Shown piece by piece: positions 27,675 through 36,493 of a DNA stretch of 64,000 nucleotides. The stretch is from positions 5,221 to 69,220 of the forward strand of contig JAFDHD010000006.1 in assembly GCA_019308995.1 (NCBI GenBank). Reading direction: 5' to 3'. Numbering within the stretch: the first letter of the stretch is position 1; every line of letters begins with the position of its first letter. The notes under the pieces are model-generated. The model searched no databases. It saw only the letters and a program-made list of their open reading frames with translations, and was not told the origin of the DNA. The stretch is from Deltaproteobacteria bacterium. GTDB taxonomy: Bacteria; Desulfobacterota; Desulfarculia; Adiutricales; JAFDHD01. The translations under genes and the position numbers were made by a program.

Positions 27675-28747
27675 AACTTGCGGCCAGCCTGTATTCAGAG
27701 CGTCCGGGACTCATGCGGCGTCTGTTGACTTATGTTTACGGCGCGGGGGTCGGTTTTCGCCTTGAGCTTTACCGGTCCGGCCGGCTTAAGTCCGATCGCC
27801 TTCCGGCGCGGGTCATCAGCGTGGGTAATCTTGTGGTCGGCGGAACAGGCAAGACCCCGACCGTGATTTTCATTGCCAGACGGCTGCATTCAATGGGCGT
27901 CCGAACCGCCGTGCTGAGCCGAGGTTACCATGGCCAGGCCCGGCGTTCGATTAACGTGGTTTCTGATGGAGCGGAAGTGTTTCTCAGCCCGAGGCAGGCC
28001 GGGGACGAGGCTTATCTGATAGCTGAGTCACTGCCCGGCGTGGTTGTGCTGACTGGTAAAGATCGTTTACTCCTCGGCCAGCACGCTATTGATCGCTTTC
28101 AGACCCAGGCCCTTATTCTGGATGATGCCTTTCAGCACTTAAAACTGAAAAGGGATGTCAATCTGCTGCTCCTGGATGCGACTCAGCCCTGGGGCAACGG
28201 CTGGATATTACCGGCTGGTCCTTTACGTGAACCCAGGTCCCAGGCCAGCCGGACCACGGCCTTTCTTATCACCCGGGCCGAGCAGGAGCCTCAGCAGCTC
28301 AGAGAGGAGTTGGGAAAGGACTTTCCCGGCCGACCAGTATTTTCAGCGCGGTACCGACCAGTTTCACTGACCCGGCTTCTTGGCGGCGGGCAGGAGGATC
28401 CGGGCCGTATGGCTGGACAGAGGGTTTTGGCGTTTTGCGGTTTGGCCAGGCCTCACGATTTTCTTAATACTTTAACGGGGCTCGGCGCTGAAGTGGCTGG
28501 ATTCGTTGACTGGCCCGATCATTTTCAGGCCCGGCGCAGTGACCTTCTTTCCCTGGCGGCCAAGGCCAGGGAATTGGGTGTCACCAAGGCTGTGACCACG
28601 ACCAAAGATGCAGTGAAATTATCAACCAGGGAACTAAGCAAGTGGGGGCTGCCATTGGAGATATGGGTCTTGGGGGTAGAGCTTGAGGTCCTGGACCGAG
28701 AAGATGAATTTATGGCTATGTTGTATCCAAGTCAGGAGGCCTCCTGA
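27671..28747 (+). CDS. lpxK: tetraacyldisaccharide 4'-kinase
   Basis: P-loop VGNLVVGGTGKTP and LSRGY motif; size typical of LpxK. Confidence 0.92.
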   Translation: MKLAASLYSERPGLMRRLLTYVYGAGVGFRLELYRSGRLKSDRLPARVISVGNLVVGGTGKTPTVIFIARRLHSMGVRTAVLSRGYHGQARRSINVVSDGAEVFLSPRQAGDEAYLIAESLPGVVVLTGKDRLLLGQHAIDRFQTQALILDDAFQHLKLKRDVNLLLLDATQPWGNGWILPAGPLREPRSQASRTTAFLITRAEQEPQQLREELGKDFPGRPVFSARYRPVSLTRLLGGGQEDPGRMAGQRVLAFCGLARPHDFLNTLTGLGAEVAGFVDWPDHFQARRSDLLSLAAKARELGVTKAVTTTKDAVKLSTRELSKWGLPLEIWVLGVELEVLDREDEFMAMLYPSQEAS

Positions 28748-28752
28748 CTTTC

Positions 28753-29841
28753 ATGGATATTGACCCGCAAAACGTTCGGCGCATCCTGGTCCGTTCAACC
28801 AATTGGGTTGGAGACGCGCTGCTGAGTACGCCAGCTTTGGCCTCTCTGAGGGATAACTTCCCTGAATCTCATCTTTCCGTCCTGGCTAGAAAGTGGGTCA
28901 CAGCGATCTATAAAGATCATCCGGCGGTGGATGAGATCATGGTCTACGATGTTGAAGGGAGACACAAGGGCTGGTCCGGGTTCATTCGGCTGGCAAGTGA
29001 GATTCGCAAGCAGCAGTTCGATCTGGTGGTGCTCTTTCAGTACGCCTTTGGCGCAGCCTTGCTTACCTGGCTGGCGCGGATACCCGAGCGCATAGGGTAC
29101 AATACCGATGGCCGCGGACTTTTACTCAATCGGGCCGTCTCGCGCCGGTCTGGGGATAAGAAGATTCACGAGGTTGAGTCTTATCAGGGGCTTATTCACC
29201 GGTCCGGCTTGAGGATTATACAGTCGAGGCCGGTTTTTCATTTAAATCCTGTGGCTGAAAAACTGGCTTCCGCCAGACTGATTGAATTGGGTTTGAACGA
29301 TTCCTTTCTCTTGGGTCTTGCGCCCGGGGCCGCATATGGTCAGGCCAAACAGTGGCCTCAAGAAAAGTATGCCAAAGCGGCTCAGATTATTCTTGAGCAG
29401 AAAGGCGGGGCGGCCTTGCTTTTTGGCAGTCAGGGTGAGGCTGCGGTTACCAGGAAGTTGAAAGAGTTACTACCGGTACCGGTATATGATCTGGCCGGGC
29501 AGACCGACCTGGCCGGGGTTGCAGCCTTGATAAAGCGCTGTCACCTGTTTTTGACTAATGATTCGGGGTTGATGCATGTTGGAGCGGCAGTGGGCACGCC
29601 TCTGGTGGCCGTATTTGGCTCGACCACTCCGGTGACCACGGGCCCGGTTACAGGCCAGGCCCGCGTGATTTACCATCCGGTTGATTGCTCCCCATGCTTT
29701 AAGCGTGTTTGTGACCAGCCGAGCCATCTCTGCATGGACCTGGTCACAGTCGAAGAGGTTGCCGCAGCCGGACTTGAACTGCTGGAGAAAGGAGGCGAGC
29801 TTGGCAACGAAACTCAGACGGGCCGTTTTTCTGGATCGTGA
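28753..29841 (+). CDS. waaF: GT9 ADP-heptose:LPS heptosyltransferase (WaaF-like)
   Basis: GT9 N-terminal motif STNWVGDALLSTPAL and C-terminal NDSGLMHVGAAVGTPLVAVFG. The heptosyltransferase II assignment rests on resemblance only. Confidence 0.75.
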   Translation: MDIDPQNVRRILVRSTNWVGDALLSTPALASLRDNFPESHLSVLARKWVTAIYKDHPAVDEIMVYDVEGRHKGWSGFIRLASEIRKQQFDLVVLFQYAFGAALLTWLARIPERIGYNTDGRGLLLNRAVSRRSGDKKIHEVESYQGLIHRSGLRIIQSRPVFHLNPVAEKLASARLIELGLNDSFLLGLAPGAAYGQAKQWPQEKYAKAAQIILEQKGGAALLFGSQGEAAVTRKLKELLPVPVYDLAGQTDLAGVAALIKRCHLFLTNDSGLMHVGAAVGTPLVAVFGSTTPVTTGPVTGQARVIYHPVDCSPCFKRVCDQPSHLCMDLVTVEEVAAAGLELLEKGGELGNETQTGRFSGS

Positions 29842-30391
29842 TGGGACGATCAATGAGCAGATGGGCTATATTAACCACCTCGATCGTTTTGTACTTCTTC
29901 CCGGCGTTGCTCCAGCCATAGCCCGGCTTAACCGGGCCGGTCTGGTGGTGGTCGTTACGAGCAATCAGTCCGGAGTAGCCCGCGGCTACTTTTCCTGGGA
30001 CCTGGTTGAGGCGGTCACCAAGAGGATGAAGGATCTTTTAGCCCTGGATGGGGCGAGGCTGGACGGTATTTACTACTGCCTTCACCATCCGCAGGCTGAA
30101 GTGCCTGAATATCGGAAAAACTGCGAATGCCGCAAGCCCCGTCCTGGCTTGATTCAGAAGGCGGCAGCCGAATTGAAGCTGGACCCGGCTCGTTCCTTTA
30201 CTATCGGAGATAGAGTCTCTGATCTCATACCCGGCCGGGCCGTGGGGGCTCGAAATATACTCGTGCTGAGCGGATATGGGCGGGGTGAGCTGGAGTATGT
30301 CCTGCCAAAAGCTGATGTTAAGCCTGATTATGTGGCTGATGATCTTGCCCGGGCCGTGGACTGGATTCTTAATGAGATTGAAGCCGAGTGA
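29801..30391 (+). CDS. gmhB: D,D-heptose 1,7-bisphosphate phosphatase
   Basis: HAD motifs FLDRDGTIN, TSNQSG, CRKPRPG, GDRVSD and the Zn site C-x-H...C-x-C. Start set at TTG 29801, 5 nt after GGAGG. The track ORF start at 29681 lies inside the upstream gene. Confidence 0.88.
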   Translation: MATKLRRAVFLDRDGTINEQMGYINHLDRFVLLPGVAPAIARLNRAGLVVVVTSNQSGVARGYFSWDLVEAVTKRMKDLLALDGARLDGIYYCLHHPQAEVPEYRKNCECRKPRPGLIQKAAAELKLDPARSFTIGDRVSDLIPGRAVGARNILVLSGYGRGELEYVLPKADVKPDYVADDLARAVDWILNEIEAE

Positions 30392-30422
30392 ACATTAATC
30401 ATTTTAAGGGAAACTATTCTTT

Positions 30423-31454
30423 TTGAACATTCTGATAATCAAACTTAGCGCCATCGGCGACGTGGTTCTGTGTCAGCCCTTCCTGGACGCACTGCGGCAG
30501 ACCCATCCCCAGGCTCGCCTGACCTGGCTTGTCGAGGAGGCAGCGGCTGATATTGTCACGGATCACCCGCAGCTTGATCGCGTTCTGATTTTACGCCGCA
30601 AATCATGGCTAAGAGAAATCAGAAAGGGCCACATTAGTTCGATCATCAGGGAGGTGCGCTTTTTCCTGAAAGACCTGCGGTCAGAGAGATATGATCTGGT
30701 TATTGACTTGCAGGGGCTGTTCAAGAGCGGTGTTTTCGCTTTCCTCAGCCGCGGGCATCAAAGGATGGGTTTTGACCGGTCTCGGGAACTAAGCCACCTT
30801 TTTTACAACCAGCGCATGAAACCGTATGATCGTGACCAGCATGCCTTACTCCGCAACTTAGACGTGGCCGCGCTCCTGGGGGCCGAAGTTGACAAGAATC
30901 CTGAATTCAATCTGCCTTGCCATGAGACCGCGGCCAAGCTGGCGAAGCGGCTCTTAACCGGAGCTGACAAACCCAGGGTCGTAATCAATCCGGCCGCCAG
31001 GTGGGTCACCAAGCTCTGGCCCGTGCCGCGCTGGAGGGAACTGATCCAGCGGCTGGTCAGGGACCTGAAGGTCCAGGTAATACTTACCGGCGGGCCGGAT
31101 GACACAGTTTTAAATCATCAAATTATTCGAGGGAATCACGGGACTCTGGATGTAACCGGTCAGACCAGCTTGAAGGTTTTAACGGAATTGTTCCGATCTG
31201 CTGCCGTGGTCGTCTGTCCTGACACCGGGCCGATGCACCTGGCCGTTGGGGCGGGGGCCCCGGTGGTGGCCCTTTTTGGACCCACCGCCCCATGGCGCAG
31301 CGGCCCTTTTGGCCCGGAGCATCTTGTTTTAAGGCGGGACCTGGACTGCAGTCCGTGTTTTCGTAAAAAGTGCCCGGATCCGAAATGTATGACCGGTTTG
31401 AGCGTGGATGAGGTTTTTGAGGCGGTTCGGACGAAGATTGAGCAAGGCCGGTAA
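30423..31454 (+). CDS. waaC: GT9 ADP-heptose:LPS heptosyltransferase (WaaC-like)
   Basis: MNILIIKLSAIGDVVLCQPFLDAL resembles the WaaC N-terminus; C-terminal PDTGPMHLAVGAGAPVVALFG. Confidence 0.75.
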   Translation: MNILIIKLSAIGDVVLCQPFLDALRQTHPQARLTWLVEEAAADIVTDHPQLDRVLILRRKSWLREIRKGHISSIIREVRFFLKDLRSERYDLVIDLQGLFKSGVFAFLSRGHQRMGFDRSRELSHLFYNQRMKPYDRDQHALLRNLDVAALLGAEVDKNPEFNLPCHETAAKLAKRLLTGADKPRVVINPAARWVTKLWPVPRWRELIQRLVRDLKVQVILTGGPDDTVLNHQIIRGNHGTLDVTGQTSLKVLTELFRSAAVVVCPDTGPMHLAVGAGAPVVALFGPTAPWRSGPFGPEHLVLRRDLDCSPCFRKKCPDPKCMTGLSVDEVFEAVRTKIEQGR

Positions 31455-31594
31455 TGCTCGTAACTTCATCGTCTGCAAGCATAATAAGGGAATGAGACCT
31501 GGGCTTAAAAATGAGATCATGTGTGGTTATGAAAAAGGTTGCAAGATCTCTATAATTTCTGAGATAAATAGTTACAACTTTTAAGGAGGGTGAA

Positions 31595-31765
31595 ATGCCT
31601 ATCAGTCAGGAGCTTTTAGAAATTCTGGCCTGCCCCAAATGCAAGGGAGACCTCAAACTGACCGAATCGGAAGATGGTCTAATCTGTGAAAACTGCCAGC
31701 TCCTTTACGAGATACGGGATGATATTCCCATAATGCTCATTGACGAGGCGAAGCCTCTTAGCTGA
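31595..31765 (+). CDS. Trm112/YcaR-family zinc-ribbon protein (56 aa), absent from the ORF track
   Basis: MPISQELLEILACPKCKGDLKLTESEDGLICENCQLLYEIRDDIPIMLIDEAKPLS, with AAGGAGGG 6 nt upstream of the ATG. Two CxxC pairs and a DIPIML motif typical of Trm112/UPF0434. Confidence 0.85.
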   Translation: MPISQELLEILACPKCKGDLKLTESEDGLICENCQLLYEIRDDIPIMLIDEAKPLS

Positions 31766-31766
31766 A

Positions 31767-32570
31767 ATGGCAATATGGCCTTTCATCATTGCCTCCCTGG
31801 GCCTGGCCGGCGCCGGTCTGGCCGCGCGGTATACCTTCTGGCGTCCTAATCAGTCCGGGGTGCCAGCCTTTATGTATCATTATATTACCGATGAACTTGA
31901 AGGAACGAAGTTAAAAAAACTTCGGGTCAGCCCCTCGACCTTTGCCTGGCAGATGGACTACCTCAAGAGCAAGGGCTATCATAGTATCGGCTTGAGAGAA
32001 TATTATCTTCATCTGACTGCCGGTCAGAACTTGCCTGCACGGCCTTTCATGATAACTTTTGACGATGGAGCCCGGGATTGCCTGACCCAGGCGCGGGATG
32101 TCCTGGAGAGCCGGGGTTTCACGGCTGCGGTCTTCGTGGTCACCGATCTGGTCGGCCAAACGAATGCTTGGGATCGAGACAAGAATGAACCTCTGGTAAG
32201 CCTTCTTAACTGGGAAGAGTTAAAGGAGCTGATTGAAGCTGGTTGGGAGGTGGGTTCTCACACCAGAACCCATATGGATTTAACGACCTGCACGAACAAG
32301 GTCCTGGCCGAAGAACTTGCCGGGTCCCGTGATGCGCTGGGAGAAAAACTCGGGGTTGACGTCCTGGCCCTGGCCTATCCTTATGGCCATGTCAACGAAG
32401 CGGTAAAAGAGGCGGCGCTTAAAGCCGGCTACCGGCTGGCCTGGACTATCCAGGCCGGGAAGAACGAGGTCAGCGATGATCCGTTGGAACTGAAACGAAT
32501 CATAATCAAACGCAAGGATACTCGTCTTGACTTTGCCCTCAAGCTTAAAAAAGGAAAAAGCACCCTTTAA
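31767..32570 (+). CDS. membrane-anchored polysaccharide deacetylase (NodB/CE4 domain)
   Basis: N-terminal TM segment, ITFDDGARD, and H-x-x-x-H-type metal site (GSHTRTH). ATG 31767 lies one nt after the Trm112 stop. Confidence 0.85.
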   Translation: MAIWPFIIASLGLAGAGLAARYTFWRPNQSGVPAFMYHYITDELEGTKLKKLRVSPSTFAWQMDYLKSKGYHSIGLREYYLHLTAGQNLPARPFMITFDDGARDCLTQARDVLESRGFTAAVFVVTDLVGQTNAWDRDKNEPLVSLLNWEELKELIEAGWEVGSHTRTHMDLTTCTNKVLAEELAGSRDALGEKLGVDVLALAYPYGHVNEAVKEAALKAGYRLAWTIQAGKNEVSDDPLELKRIIIKRKDTRLDFALKLKKGKSTL

Positions 32571-32591
32571 GGCTTTATCAATAGTTATATT

Positions 32592-33344
32592 ATGGAAACC
32601 TTATCAGCAGCCATAATCACCTTAAATGAGGAGGCCAACATTGTTGACTGTCTCAGGAGTGTCTCCTGGGCTGATGAGATCGTGGTCGTGGATTCGGGAA
32701 GCGCTGATCGGACAATCGAACTGTGCCGTGAGTATACAGATAAAGTCTATATCCGGGAGTGGGCCGGTTTTGCCTCTCAAAAGAACCAGGCCTTTGACTT
32801 AAGTGCCGGGAGCTGGATTTTGAGCCTGGACGCGGACGAGCGCGTCTCGCCGGAGCTGGCTGCAGAGATCGCGGGGCTTCTGCAAAATCCGCAGGCCGAA
32901 ATAGCCGGTTACTTCCTGCCTTTCAAGGTTTTTTACCGGAATAAGTGGCTCCGGCATGGCGGCTTTTATCCGGAGAAACACCTGCGTCTGTTTCGGCGTG
33001 ATTGCGGGCGCTTCAGGCCGCAAGCCGTGCATGAAGCGATCCAGGTCGAAGGGAAGCTAGGGACCTTGAAGCATCATGTGGAGCACCATACCTACCACTC
33101 TGTCAGGGACTATCTTGAACGGATGGGACGCTATTCCACTTTGGGGGCTGAAGAGTATCTGCGTCAGGGCCGGAGCACCAGTCCCTTGAGGATGAGCGGA
33201 CATGCCGCTTTCACTTTTTTCAAGATGTTTGTCTTGAGGCGAGGATTCCTGGACGGGTATGAGGGGTTTTTAATGGCCTGCCTTTACAGCATCTATACTT
33301 TTGTCAAGTACGCCAAATTAATGGAGCTTACTCGAAACAGATGA
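32592..33344 (+). CDS. family 2 glycosyltransferase (WaaE/KdtX-like)
   Basis: LSAAIITLNEEANIVDCLRSV...VVVDSGSADRT...LDADE (DxD). Confidence 0.85.
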   Translation: METLSAAIITLNEEANIVDCLRSVSWADEIVVVDSGSADRTIELCREYTDKVYIREWAGFASQKNQAFDLSAGSWILSLDADERVSPELAAEIAGLLQNPQAEIAGYFLPFKVFYRNKWLRHGGFYPEKHLRLFRRDCGRFRPQAVHEAIQVEGKLGTLKHHVEHHTYHSVRDYLERMGRYSTLGAEEYLRQGRSTSPLRMSGHAAFTFFKMFVLRRGFLDGYEGFLMACLYSIYTFVKYAKLMELTRNR

Positions 33345-33363
33345 CGCACCTGGAGGACAGGGC

Positions 33364-34473
33364 GTGAAACTGGCCTTGATCCGCAAGCGCTACACCGATT
33401 TCGGCGGAGCAGAGCGCTATGTAAGCGCCTTGGCCCGCCGGCTGGTTGAGCAGGGTCATGAGGTGCATATCCTGGCCCGGGAGTGGGAGGCAGCTCAAAA
33501 TGAGGGCCTTGTCTTTGACCGCATTCCGCGGGGCAGAGGCCCGTCATTTATCAGTTTACTCACCTTTGCCCGGGATGTGGCCCGAAAGGTCTATGCAGGC
33601 GATTTTGATTTGGTGCATAGTTTTGAGAGGACATACTCGCAGGATATCTTTCGGGCTGGCGATGGATGTCACCGGGAATGGCTGGCCAGGCGATCCCAGG
33701 CCTTTGGGCGGGGAAAGGCCCTGCTCGATACTATTAATCCAAGACACAAGGCCTTTCTATATCTGGAAACCAGGCTTTTTTCCGATCCAAGGCTTAGATG
33801 TGTCCTTGTCAACTCGAAAAGGGTCCGGGAGGAGATCCTCCAGCATTACCAGGTACCTGAGCAGAAGATCCGGGTGGTTCACAACGGCCTGGACCGCGAC
33901 CGGTTTCATGCGGGTCTTTGTAATAAATACAGGGAAAGCGTTCGGCAGGAACTGGATTTGGCTCAGGACGAGCCGGTGGCCCTTTTCGTTGGCTCGGGTT
34001 TTGTCCGCAAGGGCCTGGCTGATGTGATTCGAGCCTTAGTCAAAATTGACATCAAAGTTCTGGTTGCAGGGCAGGGCCGAATCAAACCTTATGAATCCCT
34101 GGCTCGAAAGCTAGGGGTCATGAATCGAGTTTTCTTTCTGGGGCCCCGGCTGGACGTGGAACGGCTCTACGGGGCGGCTGATGTTTTTGTCCTGCCCAGT
34201 CTGTATGAACCCTTTTCCAGCGCCTGCCTGGAGGCCATGGCCGCGGGGCTGCCTGTAGTCACCACCGCAGAGACCGGCGCGGCCGAAGTCATCGAGTCCG
34301 GCCGCAATGGATATACCGTTGATTTTCCGGTTGAGACCGATGAGCTGGCTGAAAAGATCAAGCGCGGCCTAAAGATTGACCGGGCCGGTCTGCTCAAGAC
34401 CAACGAGAAGATTTTATCTCTCTTTGATTGGGAGAAGAATCTAGGAAAGACCCTTGAGGTATATGCCTTATAA
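33364..34473 (+). CDS. family 4 (GT-B) glycosyltransferase, WaaG-like
   Basis: C-terminal GT1/GT4 signature PSLYEPFSSACLEAMAAGLPVVTT...E. Confidence 0.85.
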   Translation: MKLALIRKRYTDFGGAERYVSALARRLVEQGHEVHILAREWEAAQNEGLVFDRIPRGRGPSFISLLTFARDVARKVYAGDFDLVHSFERTYSQDIFRAGDGCHREWLARRSQAFGRGKALLDTINPRHKAFLYLETRLFSDPRLRCVLVNSKRVREEILQHYQVPEQKIRVVHNGLDRDRFHAGLCNKYRESVRQELDLAQDEPVALFVGSGFVRKGLADVIRALVKIDIKVLVAGQGRIKPYESLARKLGVMNRVFFLGPRLDVERLYGAADVFVLPSLYEPFSSACLEAMAAGLPVVTTAETGAAEVIESGRNGYTVDFPVETDELAEKIKRGLKIDRAGLLKTNEKILSLFDWEKNLGKTLEVYAL

Positions 34474-34531
34474 ATACATTCTGATTTGACATGAAGTGTG
34501 ATAAACCGATTGAAATTATAAATAGGTTATT

Positions 34532-35230
34532 GTGTTTAAAAGTGCGAGAAAGACGTTAAAAAATATTATCAGCCTTCGATCGTCTCCTGATCCTGACTCA
34601 GTGGCTGGTATTATAGATCAGTTTCATAGGCTTTACTATGACGCCGGGAAGTTAAGGAAAACCTGGGTTGACACATTTTGGCTCGGTGTTCCAATACTGA
34701 AGTGTCCGCTGGATCTCTGGATTTACCAAGAAATTATTTTTGAGAAGAGACCGGATGTAATAATTGAATCTGGAACCGCCTCTGGAGGGAGTGCTTTGTT
34801 TCTGGCTTCCATGTGTGACTTGGTAAATAATGGGAAGGTTATTACGATAGATATTGAAGATCGAAAAGACAGACCTCAGCATGAAAGAATAGTCTATCTC
34901 CTGGGCTCATCTATATCAAAGGAAATTGTATCACAAGTCAAAGGCTTAATAAGCGATAAGGATAAAGTGATGGTGATTCTGGATTCGGATCATCATAAAG
35001 AACACGTGCTAAATGAGATAAGAATCTACCATAAATTGTTAACCAAAGGGAATTATCTAATCGTGGAAGATACAAATATAAATAATCATCCGGTCTATCC
35101 AGAATTCGGTCCGGGCCCGATGGAGGCAGTTGAAGAATTCCTGAAGGAAAATAGGGAGTTTGTGGCGGATAAAAACAGAGAGAAGTTCTATTTGACTTTT
35201 AACCCCAAAGGTTATTTGATAAAAATATAG
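34532..35230 (+). CDS. CmcI/cephalosporin-hydroxylase-family SAM-dependent methyltransferase
   Basis: WLGVPILKCPLDLWIYQEIIFEKRPDVIIESGTASGGSALFLA matches the CmcI-type class I MTase fold. Low-GC gene. Confidence 0.75.
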   Translation: MFKSARKTLKNIISLRSSPDPDSVAGIIDQFHRLYYDAGKLRKTWVDTFWLGVPILKCPLDLWIYQEIIFEKRPDVIIESGTASGGSALFLASMCDLVNNGKVITIDIEDRKDRPQHERIVYLLGSSISKEIVSQVKGLISDKDKVMVILDSDHHKEHVLNEIRIYHKLLTKGNYLIVEDTNINNHPVYPEFGPGPMEAVEEFLKENREFVADKNREKFYLTFNPKGYLIKI

Positions 35231-35337
35231 ATAATGGAAACGTTTTAATAAATCAACTATATTTGTTATCTAAACAGCGGCTAACAAGGCAGAAATTATC
35301 AGAGCATTTGTAAAAAATACTTTCCTTAAGATCAAAG

Positions 35338-36324
35338 ATGAATAAAAAAGTTCTGTTTCTAATTCAGGATGAGAAGATGCCGAGCAGCCGCGTCAGGGTT
35401 GTGAACCTCCTGCCTGAATTGAAAAAACAAGGCATTCAAACGGAGACAACTAAGTATCCAAAAAAAAGCCTTGATAAAATGAGGATGTTAAAAGAATGCA
35501 GGCAGTTTGATATTGTTTATGTACAGAAAAAATTACCATCACCATTTGATGTAATAGGTCTTAAAATATTTTCCAGGAAACTGTTCTTTGATTTTGACGA
35601 TGCTATTTATTACAGACATGATCTGAGTGAATCTCTTATTAGCAGGACAAGATATATCAAATTTAAATACATTGTAAAGAATGCAGATATAGTAATCGCA
35701 GGCAACAGAATATTATCTGAATATGCCAGCCAGTTTAACAAGAACGTGGTTGTCATACCATCCAGTGTGGAGATTAGGGATGTCCCATCCAAAGACCATG
35801 AAGTTTCTCATGATAAGATTGTTATTGGATGGGTCGGCGGCGAAGTGAATTTGCACCACCTTAGTGAATTAGCTCCGGTTTTCCAGAAGCTCTCTCAAGA
35901 ATTTAAAATTCAAATAAGAATTCTCAGCAGTAAAAAGATAGATATCCCTTCAGTAGAAGTGCTTCATATCCCCTGGAGACTTGAGACACAGGAAAAAGAG
36001 ATAGCTTTTTTCGATATAGGCGTAATGCCTTTACCAGGTAACAAACACGCTGAAGGAAAATGTGGATATAAGGCCTTACAATACATGGCGGCAGGAGTGC
36101 CACCCATTGTCTCCGATGTCGGTATCAATAAGGAAATTGTTGAACATGACAAGGAGGGATTTGTGGCGCCGACTAAAGATGAATTTTACAATTTTTTGAA
36201 AATTCTCATATTAAATAAAGACCTGAGGAAAAAAATGGGATATTATTCGCGCCAGAAAGTTGAAAACTATTTTTCTATTCCTCTAGCAGGGAAAATGCTT
36301 GCTGATACCCTGAGGAGTTGTTGA
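35338..36324 (+). CDS. GT-B glycosyltransferase (group 1)
   Basis: C-terminal EGKCGYKALQYMAAGVPPIVSDVGINKEIVEHDKEGF motif. Low-GC gene. Confidence 0.75.
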   Translation: MNKKVLFLIQDEKMPSSRVRVVNLLPELKKQGIQTETTKYPKKSLDKMRMLKECRQFDIVYVQKKLPSPFDVIGLKIFSRKLFFDFDDAIYYRHDLSESLISRTRYIKFKYIVKNADIVIAGNRILSEYASQFNKNVVVIPSSVEIRDVPSKDHEVSHDKIVIGWVGGEVNLHHLSELAPVFQKLSQEFKIQIRILSSKKIDIPSVEVLHIPWRLETQEKEIAFFDIGVMPLPGNKHAEGKCGYKALQYMAAGVPPIVSDVGINKEIVEHDKEGFVAPTKDEFYNFLKILILNKDLRKKMGYYSRQKVENYFSIPLAGKMLADTLRSC

Positions 36325-36493
36325 AATAAATAATCGTCCGGGATTATCTATTATCCTGGCCAGATACAGACATCTTGCCTGCAATCGCCAAGGCGGATCA
36401 GCCTGTTTATAAATTATTGACCTTCGAGGTGCAAGGAACTCAAAGGGATTCCTGGTGGATATTACCTAAAGAATCGAGTATAAAGGTGGGAAG

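Noticed and set aside
29681-29800. 5' extensions of track ORFs into upstream genes: gmhB 29681, DUF4416 38851, skp 13195, AAA+ ATPase 47147, aminotransferase 60920, kinase 54579, deacetylase 31740.
   Set aside because: The extensions overlap the preceding gene in another frame and encode unprotein-like sequence. Internal starts with good SD spacing reproduce the conserved family N-termini.
33446-34027. 193-aa alternative-frame ORF inside the GT4 glycosyltransferase gene.
   Set aside because: It is on the same strand in a different frame from a gene with clear GT4 motifs. Its sequence is Arg/Trp/Ser-rich and not protein-like.
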